Shown here: positions 56,080 to 64,000 of the stretch, one piece after another
Layout of the letters: every line of letters starts with the position of its first letter
Position numbering within the stretch: the first letter of the stretch is position 1
Origin: an uncultured Caulobacterales bacterium
Lineage (GTDB): Bacteria; Pseudomonadota; Alphaproteobacteria; Caulobacterales; Maricaulaceae
Reading direction: 5' to 3'
Length of the DNA stretch: 64,000 bases
NCBI GenBank assembly: GCA_964410285.1
Contig: CAYPFR010000006.1
Location: 18,401 to 82,400 of the forward strand
Program-made: the position numbers and the translations under genes
Notes under the pieces: generated by a model
Databases searched by the model: none
Seen by the model: the letters and a program-made list of their open reading frames with translations, nothing else
Told to the model about the DNA's origin: nothing

Positions 56080-57600
56080 TTAGCCGGAGGTTTGACTGGC
56101 CTCAAGAGCGTCCGATAGGCGTTTGAGCCGAAGCTTTATACGCGGCCCTTCTAGGGCGGCGGCGGGGCTGGCGGCGGTCAGCACCGCTTGTGAACCTTGC
56201 AGGGAAAGCGAGAGCTGCCCCAGTAATTTTTCGGACCTCCCTGAGGCAACAATAGCCAAACGTATGGCAAGGCCGTAAATCAGGGCTGCACGGCGCTGGG
56301 TGGGCGTAAGTAAAAGCGCCGCCGCGTCGGCATTTGGCACAGGTCTCTTGCCCGTAAAGGAACGGAATAATATGAGCGCGAGATAGACCCGCTCCGCATG
56401 GTCCAACCCGCCCAGCGGCGCATGCAGCACAGTTTCAAAGATCATATCCGCGCGGTGATCAGGATGCAGGCCCCGCCCTATCCCCGCCAGCGCGCAAGCC
56501 GCGCGGCGCAGGCGGCCTTCGGCTGCCGCTGGGAAGGCGGATGGGAAACGTTCACTGGCCGGCGCTAAGAAATCATATAATGGCCCCGCAAACCCAGCCC
56601 CGCCATGAAGATTACCTGCCGCCAAATCACGGCATCCATCAAGTAGCGCATCACGCTGTCTTTGCAGGGCTGGCAACGCATTATAAATCATCCCCTCGCG
56701 CAGCCCTGTGCGCGAGACAATAATGCGGCTTGGGGAAAGCCAGCTAATAAGTTCTGATAACAGCAGCGCGCCATAAGGCAAAGTCTCTGCACGGCGCAGC
56801 GAAATATCAGGCCAGCCAACCACAGTCTCGCGCCCCTCACCTGCGGCCCAGTTGGCAAAATCCAACGCGGCCCCGGGCGGCATTTCATAGCTCTGCACAA
56901 TGGGTAAAGGATAGGCGGTCTTTTGCTGGCTGATGCGGGCGAGGTTACGCCAAGCGCCCCCAATCAAATAGAGCGGCGTCCCGATGGCCCTCGGCGCGGC
57001 GCCCGCGCGCAAGGCCGAGCTAATCCTCTCGCGCAGTCTTTCTGGTGCATAGCGCCCGCTTGAAAGCAAGGCCCCGTCCATAGAAAACGGCCCCAGCGGG
57101 AATGTCGACCCAGCCTTTGGCTGCCCTTTATCAATAGAGATCAGCTCGAGGCTGGCCCCGCCCAAATCCGCCGCCAAGCCGCTTGCGCGCGGCATAGAGG
57201 CGATCAAGCCTAGCGCGGACAGGCGGGCTTCTTCTGCGCCGCTGATGGGGGAAATATCAAAGCCAGTCTCGGCTTTTACGCGCGCGGCAAATTCGGGAGC
57301 ATCCTTTGCGTCGCGCATGGCCGCCGTTGCCGCAATCAGGACATCTTCCGTGCCTTGCGCGCGGCAAATAAGTGAAAATCGGCGAAGCGCCTCTAGCGTC
57401 TGCGTGCAGCCATCAGGCGATAGTTTTTGCGTGCGCGCAAGATCGCGGCCAAGACCCGCATGAATTTTTTCAGAATAAATGGCAGAAAAAGCCCGTCCAT
57501 AAACATCATAGATGACGAGGCGTACGGAATTAGAGCCAATATCCAATACGCCGTAACGGCGCTTTGGCGGGGCCTCATATGTCGCGCCGGCAGGGGTCAT
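56080..57600 (-). CDS. ppx: exopolyphosphatase (Ppx/GppA family)
   Basis: YGVLDIGSNSVRLVIYD and DLGGASLEL. ATGA overlap with ppk1. Confidence 0.9.
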   Translation of the reverse strand: MTPAGATYEAPPKRRYGVLDIGSNSVRLVIYDVYGRAFSAIYSEKIHAGLGRDLARTQKLSPDGCTQTLEALRRFSLICRAQGTEDVLIAATAAMRDAKDAPEFAARVKAETGFDISPISGAEEARLSALGLIASMPRASGLAADLGGASLELISIDKGQPKAGSTFPLGPFSMDGALLSSGRYAPERLRERISSALRAGAAPRAIGTPLYLIGGAWRNLARISQQKTAYPLPIVQSYEMPPGAALDFANWAAGEGRETVVGWPDISLRRAETLPYGALLLSELISWLSPSRIIVSRTGLREGMIYNALPALQRQRDALLDGCRDLAAGNLHGGAGFAGPLYDFLAPASERFPSAFPAAAEGRLRRAACALAGIGRGLHPDHRADMIFETVLHAPLGGLDHAERVYLALILFRSFTGKRPVPNADAAALLLTPTQRRAALIYGLAIRLAIVASGRSEKLLGQLSLSLQGSQAVLTAASPAAALEGPRIKLRLKRLSDALEASQTSG

Positions 57601-59789
57601 TCATTAGCCGCTGCCGCGGGAGGCATTTTTGGCAAGTCCTGCCGCGGGGTTTTAGGCAGCGTATTTTTGCCCTTGGCGTTCGGTATATTGAGTCTTTGCG
57701 GGGCGGAATATTTCAAGCTCTTCCCCCGGCCTGATAAGGACGGATTTTCCATGAAATATTGATGCGCCGAAAATGGCGTTTTGCCCTGCGGAGTCCGGCG
57801 AATATATTTGCCAGTGGGGCGCAAATCCCAACTATTGAGTTCGTCATTGAGGTTTGCGATCATAATCTGGTTCATCACCTGATCGCGCACCGTCGGTGCC
57901 TCCACGGCGACAAGCGTCTCCACGCGCCGGTTCAGATTACGCGGCATCCAATCGGCGGAACTAAAGTATATTTTGGCGCGGGCATTCGGCAGCGCGCGGC
58001 CATTCCCAAAGCACATAATTCGCGAGTGTTCCAAAAACCTTCCAACAATCGACTTTACCCTGATATTATCGGACAATCCCGGCACCCCTGGCCGCAAGCA
58101 GCAAATGCCGCGTATAATTAGATCAATCTGAACCCCAGCCGCCGAGGCGCTATAAAGCTTTTCGATCATATCCGTATCCACCAGCGCATTCATCTTGGCC
58201 CAAATGGCTCCCTGCCCGCCGGACATGGCCGTTTTTATTTCATGATCGATTAACGCATACAGAGTCTCGCGCAGATTAATCGGCGCAATAGAGAGTTTCT
58301 TGAGCCCTGATGGCTTTGAATAGGAGGTTACATAATTAAAAAGCTTGCCGACATCTGCCCCCATAACAGGGTCGGCTGTAAACAAAGCCAAATCTGTGTA
58401 AATTTTGGCATTTATCTGATGGTAATTGCCGGTGCCCAAATGCGTGTAACTTCGAAAGCGTTTGCCCTCTTTACGGATAACCAGTGAGACTTTGGCGTGG
58501 GTTTTAAAATCCATAAACCCGTAAACCACATGCACGCCGGCCCGCTCCAAATCGCGTGCCCAGCGCATATTGCTTTCTTCGTCGAAACGGGCCTTTAATT
58601 CTACGAGAGCCGTGACGGTTTTCCCCCGCTCGGCTGCCTCAATCAAGGCTTTGACAATCGGGCTATTGTCGGAGGTGCGGTAAAGGGTTTGCTTGATCAC
58701 AGCCACATTAGGGTCGGTAGCAGCTTGTTTTAGAAACTGTACTACCACGTCAAATTCTTCATAGGGGTGATGCACCAAAATATCCTTGGCAGCGATAGCG
58801 GCGAAGCAATCTCCATCAAACTCGCGAATGCGTTCAGGAAAGCGCGGCTGAAAGGGCGGAAATAAAAGCGATGGGTCGCGGCCATCAATGAGTTCTTCAA
58901 GGTCTGCCATGCCCACAACGGAACCTGTTTCGATAACGGCCTCGTCCCAACACTCAAAGCTATCAATCAGAAAGTCCTTGAGTTCAGCCGGCATATCGGC
59001 ATGCACTTCAAGACGAATGGCTCTCCCACGCCGGCGTTTTTTCATCAGGAATTCAAAATGGGAAACAAGGTCTTCGGCCTCTTCATCCACCGCGATATCG
59101 CTATCGCGTGTCACTCGAAATTCCCCGCAATTATCGATCACGGCATCGGGAAATAGCGAGGCCGCATAGTGGGTCAGCACGTCTTCGATCATCACAACGA
59201 CTTTGCGTTTCTTGCGCTTGGAAAGCGTTATGAATCTCGGTACATGCGCCGGCACAGGAATAAGAGCGTTCATTCGCTTTGCGCCGCCCCTTCGGCGCAG
59301 GCATAGCGCCATGCCAAATCCAAGGTTCGGGATAAACGGAAAGGGATGGGCCGGATCAACCGCCAGCGGTGAGAGGAGCGGCAAGATACTCGCCTTGTAA
59401 ATACCTTCGAGGGCGCGGGCTTCTTCAGGGCTAAGGTCCGCCACCGCTTTGACCGTCAGGCCCGAGGTCTCGAGCTGAGTTCTTATGTCGGCCCAGCAAG
59501 CACTTTGCTTTGCAAAAATTTTGCGCGCACGTTTATCAATTTTTGAAAGCTGCTTTAGCGAAGAGAACCCATCAAGGCTTTCAGTGCTGAGTCCCGCTAA
59601 GACCTGCGTGCGAAGGCCCGCAACCCGCACCATGTAAAACTCGTCAAGATTGCGGGCGGAAATCGATAAAAAACGCAAACGTTCCATCAGCGCCAGATCA
59701 GGGTTTTGCGCCTCCTCGAGCACGCGCGAATTGAAAAACAGCCACGAAAGCTCGCGGTTAAAATAGCGGCGCGAGGAGGTCTCTTTCAT
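57597..59789 (-). CDS. ppk1: polyphosphate kinase 1
   Basis: YFNRELSWLFFNSRVLEEA, HAKVSLV and the C-terminal PLD-like FLEHSRI. Confidence 0.97.
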   Translation of the reverse strand: MKETSSRRYFNRELSWLFFNSRVLEEAQNPDLALMERLRFLSISARNLDEFYMVRVAGLRTQVLAGLSTESLDGFSSLKQLSKIDKRARKIFAKQSACWADIRTQLETSGLTVKAVADLSPEEARALEGIYKASILPLLSPLAVDPAHPFPFIPNLGFGMALCLRRRGGAKRMNALIPVPAHVPRFITLSKRKKRKVVVMIEDVLTHYAASLFPDAVIDNCGEFRVTRDSDIAVDEEAEDLVSHFEFLMKKRRRGRAIRLEVHADMPAELKDFLIDSFECWDEAVIETGSVVGMADLEELIDGRDPSLLFPPFQPRFPERIREFDGDCFAAIAAKDILVHHPYEEFDVVVQFLKQAATDPNVAVIKQTLYRTSDNSPIVKALIEAAERGKTVTALVELKARFDEESNMRWARDLERAGVHVVYGFMDFKTHAKVSLVIRKEGKRFRSYTHLGTGNYHQINAKIYTDLALFTADPVMGADVGKLFNYVTSYSKPSGLKKLSIAPINLRETLYALIDHEIKTAMSGGQGAIWAKMNALVDTDMIEKLYSASAAGVQIDLIIRGICCLRPGVPGLSDNIRVKSIVGRFLEHSRIMCFGNGRALPNARAKIYFSSADWMPRNLNRRVETLVAVEAPTVRDQVMNQIMIANLNDELNSWDLRPTGKYIRRTPQGKTPFSAHQYFMENPSLSGRGKSLKYSAPQRLNIPNAKGKNTLPKTPRQDLPKMPPAAAANE

Positions 59790-59955
59790 AATATCGCCTG
59801 CGTTATCCTAAGTGTTTCTGCGTTTATCGTCTGATTTACGTACTCAAGATGTCTATATCACGCCGATACGAATGTGGACACCAAGCACGGCATGCCCTCT
59901 TATTTGCAAAGCACATTGTGTCATCTGGCCGCGGCCGCAGGGCCCAAAGGGCAGG

Positions 59956-60435
59956 CTAGGCCGCAGCCGCCGCCGCAGATTGCGTGATCAGTATATAAAG
60001 ACTTTGCGCGTCTGGGGCTGTACGCAGGCGCTCCCGCGTTTCCTCACGGCGAAGGCGGCGGGAGAATTGCGCCAAGGCCCGCAAATGCGCCCCGCCTGCA
60101 TCTGACGGCGCCACTAACAAAACCGCCAGATCAACCGGGACATCATCCACAGCCTCATAATCTATTGCCTCGTCAAGGCGCGCGAAGACGGCATAGACAC
60201 GATCAAGCCCGTCGATCCGCGCATGCGGCAATGCCACACCCTGTCCGACGCCCGTCGAGCCGAGACGCTCGCGCTCAAGTGAAGCCTGAACAATATCACG
60301 GGCGCTGACGCCGCTATCTTTGAAGACGGGCAAATTTTCCAGCTTTTCAGCCATGAGCTGAAGTAATTGCTTCTTACTACTTGCGTGCGCATTCGGCATT
60401 ACGCCGTCGACGTTAAAATGAATATCACGTGTCAT
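59956..60435 (-). CDS. ptsN: PTS EIIA-Ntr nitrogen regulatory protein
   Basis: GSTGVGQGVALPHARIDGL (phosphorylatable His). The internal ATG at 60435 gives a typical length of about 159 aa. Confidence 0.85.
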   Translation of the reverse strand: MTRDIHFNVDGVMPNAHASSKKQLLQLMAEKLENLPVFKDSGVSARDIVQASLERERLGSTGVGQGVALPHARIDGLDRVYAVFARLDEAIDYEAVDDVPVDLAVLLVAPSDAGGAHLRALAQFSRRLRREETRERLRTAPDAQSLYILITQSAAAAAA

Positions 60436-60522
60436 GCAGACTAGTCTTTTACTGTGGGGTAGCCCTGCTGCAAAATAGCAGCGAAGGTTGCTCATCCCAA
60501 ATTCCAGCGCCTCTTAAACGGA

Positions 60523-61113
60523 TTAGGCCTTGGGGTCAATCCACCCAATATTGCCATCTGGCCGCTTAAAAACGATATTAATTCGCCCGTGTTTTACATT
60601 ATTAAAAACTACCACGCCATTATCGGCCAATCCTAATTCCAAGGCTGCCATACCCGGCGTCATCGTCCGCAAAGGCTGGCTCGCCTCGGAGATAATCATT
60701 GGCTCTTGCGGCGGGGCGGAGCCTGCGTTCTCATCGTCATCAAGATCACTATCATCAACAGGATTTTTCATAATGAACATATTAAAGGCTTCCGCCTTGG
60801 CAGCTGTTTTGACATCTGGGTGGTGATCTTTCAGTCGGCGCTTATAGCGCCGCAGGCGTTTTTCCATATGCTCCAGCGCTTCATCGGTCGCCCCGTAGGC
60901 TTCGGCCGCATTTCCTGTAGCTTCCATGGTTGCGCCGCTGGGCAGATGTACAGAGCAAACTGTCCTAAATCCAGAGCCCTCCCGCGAGACAGAGACATGG
61001 GCCTCCCCCTCTCTGTGTATATATTTGTCAATCATCTCGTCGAAACGTTCATTTATTCTGGCATGTAGCGCGGGTGAAACATCGATATTTTTAGAGACGA
61101 TTTGGATTTGCAT
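60523..61113 (-). CDS. hpf: ribosome hibernation promoting factor (long form)
   Basis: MQIQIVSKNIDVSPALHARINERF plus the C-terminal dimerisation domain ...VVVFNNVKHGRINIVFKRPDGNIGWIDP. Confidence 0.9.
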   Translation of the reverse strand: MQIQIVSKNIDVSPALHARINERFDEMIDKYIHREGEAHVSVSREGSGFRTVCSVHLPSGATMEATGNAAEAYGATDEALEHMEKRLRRYKRRLKDHHPDVKTAAKAEAFNMFIMKNPVDDSDLDDDENAGSAPPQEPMIISEASQPLRTMTPGMAALELGLADNGVVVFNNVKHGRINIVFKRPDGNIGWIDPKA

Positions 61114-61240
61114 ATAAACTCACTTTCTTGGCTGTTCTCCATCCTACCATAGATTTAGGGATTTAGCAGAGAAATTTCACGAAAATCTGCCCTTACCCCC
61201 AATTTTTTTGTTTAAAAACAAAGAGAAAGGTTAATTTGTA

Positions 61241-61301
61241 TTAACCATAATGGCCATTTTTTAAGGCCGGGAACATTTTCTGGAAAGGAACGTTTAACCA
61301 T
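61241..61301 (+). promoter_or_regulatory. two TTAACCAT motifs (CtrA half-site-like) in the hpf / ParB-like divergent region
   Basis: TTAACCAT at 61241..61248 and 61294..61301, read directly in an AT-rich intergenic region. Confidence 0.3.
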
Positions 61302-61315
61302 AATGCAAAGCGTGA

Positions 61316-61777
61316 TTGGAGACGACTGTGAATTTTGAAAACGCCCATATGATCAATTTTGATTTAAATGCACCGCACCGCCTTGGCCAGGCCAAAGGTC
61401 AAACCCCGCGCAGCGCAGCGCATGCCCGCGCAGAGCTTCATAGGTTTCGCGCGCCCCTTCCCAAAATTCTAAAGGGAGACTATCAGCGCGCCGTCAAAGA
61501 CATGCAAACCTCACTTTGCCGCCAAGGCTTAATCACGCCTTTGATTGTCAGCCGTACGCCTGCGGCCCAAGCGGGCAGCCTGAGGCCTAAACGAAAGCTG
61601 ATTGTGATGGATGGCCATAAGCGGCTAATCGCGCTGCGCAGGCTCGCCTTTGAGGGACGCCTACCCGCCAGTCTGATGACCGTGCCTTATATTTTTGCAA
61701 ATTCAGCAGCCATCGCGCGCGAAATGCCATGCCTTCAGGGTCATAAGGCTCAGCTCGCAGAAACGATAGCCGCCTAG
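61316..61777 (+). CDS. small ParB/Srx-fold-like protein (hypothetical)
   Basis: GLITPLIVSRTP...KLIVMDGHKRLIALRRL resembles the ParB N-terminal domain core. The track start is TTG; GTG 61328 or ATG 61349 are alternatives. Confidence 0.45.
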   Translation: METTVNFENAHMINFDLNAPHRLGQAKGQTPRSAAHARAELHRFRAPLPKILKGDYQRAVKDMQTSLCRQGLITPLIVSRTPAAQAGSLRPKRKLIVMDGHKRLIALRRLAFEGRLPASLMTVPYIFANSAAIAREMPCLQGHKAQLAETIAA

Positions 61778-61800
61778 CGTCAAATTAGGCCCGAGAGCGG

Positions 61801-62616
61801 CTAGGGCGCCCCATAGTCGGGTTCATGCTGCCACGCGCGAATTCGGGCGCGGGCCTTGTCGGCGCTGGAGAGATCAATTTCTGCGATGATGATAGCCGGC
61901 GAGTCTGTTTCAGATGCGGCCAGCACCTCACCCCACGGTCCAATAATCAAACTATGGCCATATGTTTTACGGCCGTCCGCATGCTCTCCGCCCTGCGCAG
62001 GGGCGAGGACAAAACTGCCAGTCTCTATCGCGCGCGCGCGCAAGAGCGTCTCCCAATGCGCCTGCCCTGTGGGGCGGGTGAAAGCAGCGGGCACGGTCAT
62101 AATATGCGCGCCGGCTTGGGCATAGCGGCGGTACAACCCGGCAAAGCGTAGATCATAACAGATGGACAGCCCCAGCACGGCTTCGCCCGCTTGCGCCGTG
62201 ACGGCTTTGCTACCGCGGTCATACACGCGGCTCTCGGTCCAGCTTTCAGTGTCCGAAACCTGCGCGTCAAACAAGTGTATCTTGTCATACACCGCGAGAA
62301 TTTCCCCTGTTGGTCCGAAAAGAAAGCTCCGGTTCACGGCGCGCTGGGGCGCAGATAAAATTGCCAGCGACCCAATCAAGAGATGCACCTTAAGCTCGGC
62401 GGCAAGGCGGGCGTAAAACTGTACGCCTTTATCGGCGTCTTGGGAGGCAATAGCCGCGAAAAGCGCCGCAGAATCGCGCTGCAATAAATGTGTCATTTCG
62501 GGCGTGGCAATCAGGCTTGCACCCGCGCTCGCTGCGCGCCGGATAAGGGCCTCGCTCTCGCGAAGATTTTCGGAAACATCAATGCCGGAGCAAAGCTGGA
62601 CGGCCGCGATTTTCAT
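61801..62616 (-). CDS. carbon-nitrogen hydrolase (nitrilase superfamily, Nit-like)
   Basis: Glu-Lys-Cys triad contexts ATPEM, YDKIHLFD and GLSICYDLRF. Confidence 0.85.
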   Translation of the reverse strand: MKIAAVQLCSGIDVSENLRESEALIRRAASAGASLIATPEMTHLLQRDSAALFAAIASQDADKGVQFYARLAAELKVHLLIGSLAILSAPQRAVNRSFLFGPTGEILAVYDKIHLFDAQVSDTESWTESRVYDRGSKAVTAQAGEAVLGLSICYDLRFAGLYRRYAQAGAHIMTVPAAFTRPTGQAHWETLLRARAIETGSFVLAPAQGGEHADGRKTYGHSLIIGPWGEVLAASETDSPAIIIAEIDLSSADKARARIRAWQHEPDYGAP

Positions 62617-62870
62617 TAAGCTGCTAAAAGCCGGTCGAGTTCCCCGCGCGCCTCCAGGGCCATGAGATCGTCACAGCCTCCAATATGCCGGCCATCGATA
62701 AAGATTTGCGGAAATGTGTTACGGCCCGAACGCTTATTCATCTCGCGCCGCTTCTCTGCGTTGATAAAGGCATTCGTTTCCTCAAAAGCCGCTGACTTCT
62801 TGTTCAGAAGCGCTTTCGCCCGAATACAATAAGGGCACATGGGTTTGGTATATATTTCAACTTTGGCCAT
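62616..62870 (-). CDS. grxC: glutaredoxin 3
   Basis: MAKVEIYTKPMCPYCIRAKALL and TFPQIFIDGRHIGGCDD. TAATG overlap with the downstream gene. Confidence 0.9.
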   Translation of the reverse strand: MAKVEIYTKPMCPYCIRAKALLNKKSAAFEETNAFINAEKRREMNKRSGRNTFPQIFIDGRHIGGCDDLMALEARGELDRLLAA

Positions 62871-62903
62871 CACAGCCTCCTCTCTGCCCTTACTCACTGC
62901 CCC

Positions 62904-63662
62904 TTATTTGGGGATAACCGCCGGTTTAACAACCCGCGCGAGCACTAAGCCGTCAACTTTTCTCGCGCCCGCTCGCTTGAGGCAGCGCGCACAGGCTTCA
63001 AGCGTAGCGCCCGTTGTCATCACGTCGTCTATAAGAATTATATGCCGCGCGCCAAAATCAACTTTTTGGGAAACATCAAAGGCCCCCTGCACATTTCGCC
63101 GCCGGCCCGCACTGGTTTTTCCGCCTTGCGACTCCGTTTTACGCCGCCGCAACAACCCGTTTGTCTCAAGCGGAACACCGCAGCGCGCGGAGAGGGCCGC
63201 CGCAAGCAAGGCAGATTGGTTGTAGCGCCGCTTAATGAGCCGAGAGGCGTGCAGCGGCACGGGCACAAGCAAGTCGGCCGCGCTCAGTAGGTTTCGCCCC
63301 GCCCGCTGCATCTGCCCTGCAAACATGGAAAGACCTTCGGTTTCCCCGCCGTGCTTAAAGCGTAGAACCAGCCCGCGGCTCGCGGCGTCATAGGCAAATG
63401 CGGCGCGAATTTGGTGCAAAGTCAATGGCCGCGCCGTGCAACGCCCGCAAAGCGTCTTTGGCCCCTCATCAAAGGCAAAAGGAAATCCGCATCGATAGCA
63501 ACAAGGCTCATCAAGAAATGAAACATCCGCCCAGCTTGCCCCGCTTGCATCTTCCCCCCTGTCTGGGACAAGGCCTGCATCATACCGGCCGGGCCGAAAG
63601 AGCGGCTGGCGCGGCAATATCACATCAATCGCCCCTCTCGACAAGGCCGTGAGCCTGCGCAT
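62904..63662 (-). CDS. ComF-family phosphoribosyltransferase-like protein
   Basis: Cys pairs CCYRCG and CGRC, plus the PRT motif IILIDDVMTTGATL. Start chosen at the internal ATG 63662 (MRRLTAL); 63689 is the alternative. Confidence 0.8.
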   Translation of the reverse strand: MRRLTALSRGAIDVILPRQPLFRPGRYDAGLVPDRGEDASGASWADVSFLDEPCCYRCGFPFAFDEGPKTLCGRCTARPLTLHQIRAAFAYDAASRGLVLRFKHGGETEGLSMFAGQMQRAGRNLLSAADLLVPVPLHASRLIKRRYNQSALLAAALSARCGVPLETNGLLRRRKTESQGGKTSAGRRRNVQGAFDVSQKVDFGARHIILIDDVMTTGATLEACARCLKRAGARKVDGLVLARVVKPAVIPK

Positions 63663-63709
63663 TTGAAATGAGCCTTTTATTTTTCTCATATCTACGCCAT
63701 ATCCCAGCC

Positions 63710-64000
63710 GTGACCACAGCTCCACACATATTTGACAACGCCGCGCGCCGCCGCGCCCGCGCCCGCGCGCGCCGGCGCACGCAAAGAACAGGTCCAGCAT
63801 TTTTTACCCAAAGGTGCGCCGAGGACACTGCGGAGCGGCTGCGTGATATTTCACGCTGTTTTGAAAAGGCACTGATCATTGCACCCGCTGGGTTTTGGCC
63901 AGAGGTGGTTCGCCGCCTCCCAAAGGATAAAATCCCCTTGTCGGTGAACTTTTGTTATGATGGTCCGCAAGATCACGGCGATGCCCAAATCAGCGGCGGC
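63710..64000 (+). CDS. probable SAM-dependent methyltransferase (partial; runs off the window end)
   Basis: My translation from GTG 63710 is (V)TTAPHIFDNAARRRARARARRR...AEDTAERLRDISRCFEKALII. This resembles the N-terminus of the methyltransferase usually found divergent from comF/grxC in Alphaproteobacteria. ATG 63668 is an in-frame alternative. Confidence 0.5.
   Translation, partial: MTTAPHIFDNAARRRARARARRRTQRTGPAFFTQRCAEDTAERLRDISRCFEKALIIAPAGFWPEVVRRLPKDKIPLSVNFCYDGPQDHGDAQISGG

Noticed and set aside
61114-61315. The absence of rpoN/lptB upstream of hpf-ptsN as a sign of rearrangement or gene loss.
   Set aside because: This cannot be judged from one window. rpoN may lie elsewhere, and gene order varies among lineages.
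1-64000. A search for mobile elements, prophage genes, toxin-antitoxin pairs, restriction-modification systems, CRISPR-Cas or other defence islands.
   Set aside because: I recognised no transposase, integrase, tRNA attachment site, large ATPase/helicase/nuclease operon or methyltransferase-nuclease pair. The HNH and ParB-like genes stand alone in housekeeping contexts.

Overview
This window looks like ordinary chromosomal DNA from a moderately GC-rich Gram-negative bacterium. Gene content suggests Alphaproteobacteria (ccmFGHI, DUF1674/SDHAF4-like, zf-CHCC, hpf-ptsN, CtrA-type TTAA boxes), but that is inference only. I saw no rRNA, tRNA, CRISPR array, IS element, integrase or recognisable defence island. 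Coding density is high, and many neighbouring genes overlap stop and start codons (ATGA, TAATG, GTGA). Order of content: a partial OYE flavin reductase; ccmF-G-H-I; an eight-gene minus-strand sugar locus (GH3 glucosidase, Gfo/Idh/MocA, two xylose-isomerase-fold proteins, MFS, two GMC flavoproteins plus a Tat small subunit); a small AT-rich orphan patch; a double SGNH esterase with LacI; xylB-xylA-mutarotase-glpK; a TonB receptor/DUF3604/parvulin-like/HupE cluster beside a Crp/Fnr gene; glpD-xdhC; an ABC ATPase with no permease; polA; argG; an MscS channel; pyrF; three secreted low-complexity repeat proteins; an HNH protein; ppk1-ppx; ptsN-hpf; a ParB-like ORF; and CN-hydrolase/grxC/comF. The best candidates for undescribed biology are (1) a paralogous pair of secreted AP(S/T)(Y/F)S pentapeptide-repeat proteins with a shared Pro/Val C-terminal module, Gly/Phe/His tails and a canonical CtrA-type box, (2) the TonB receptor-DUF3604-HupE cluster, and (3) the sugar locus, which may encode a periplasmic plus cytoplasmic keto-sugar route for glycoside cleavage. 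All functions come from motif recognition by eye; no searches were run. Track ORFs shown starting with M sometimes begin at GTG or TTG, so I re-checked starts where it mattered.
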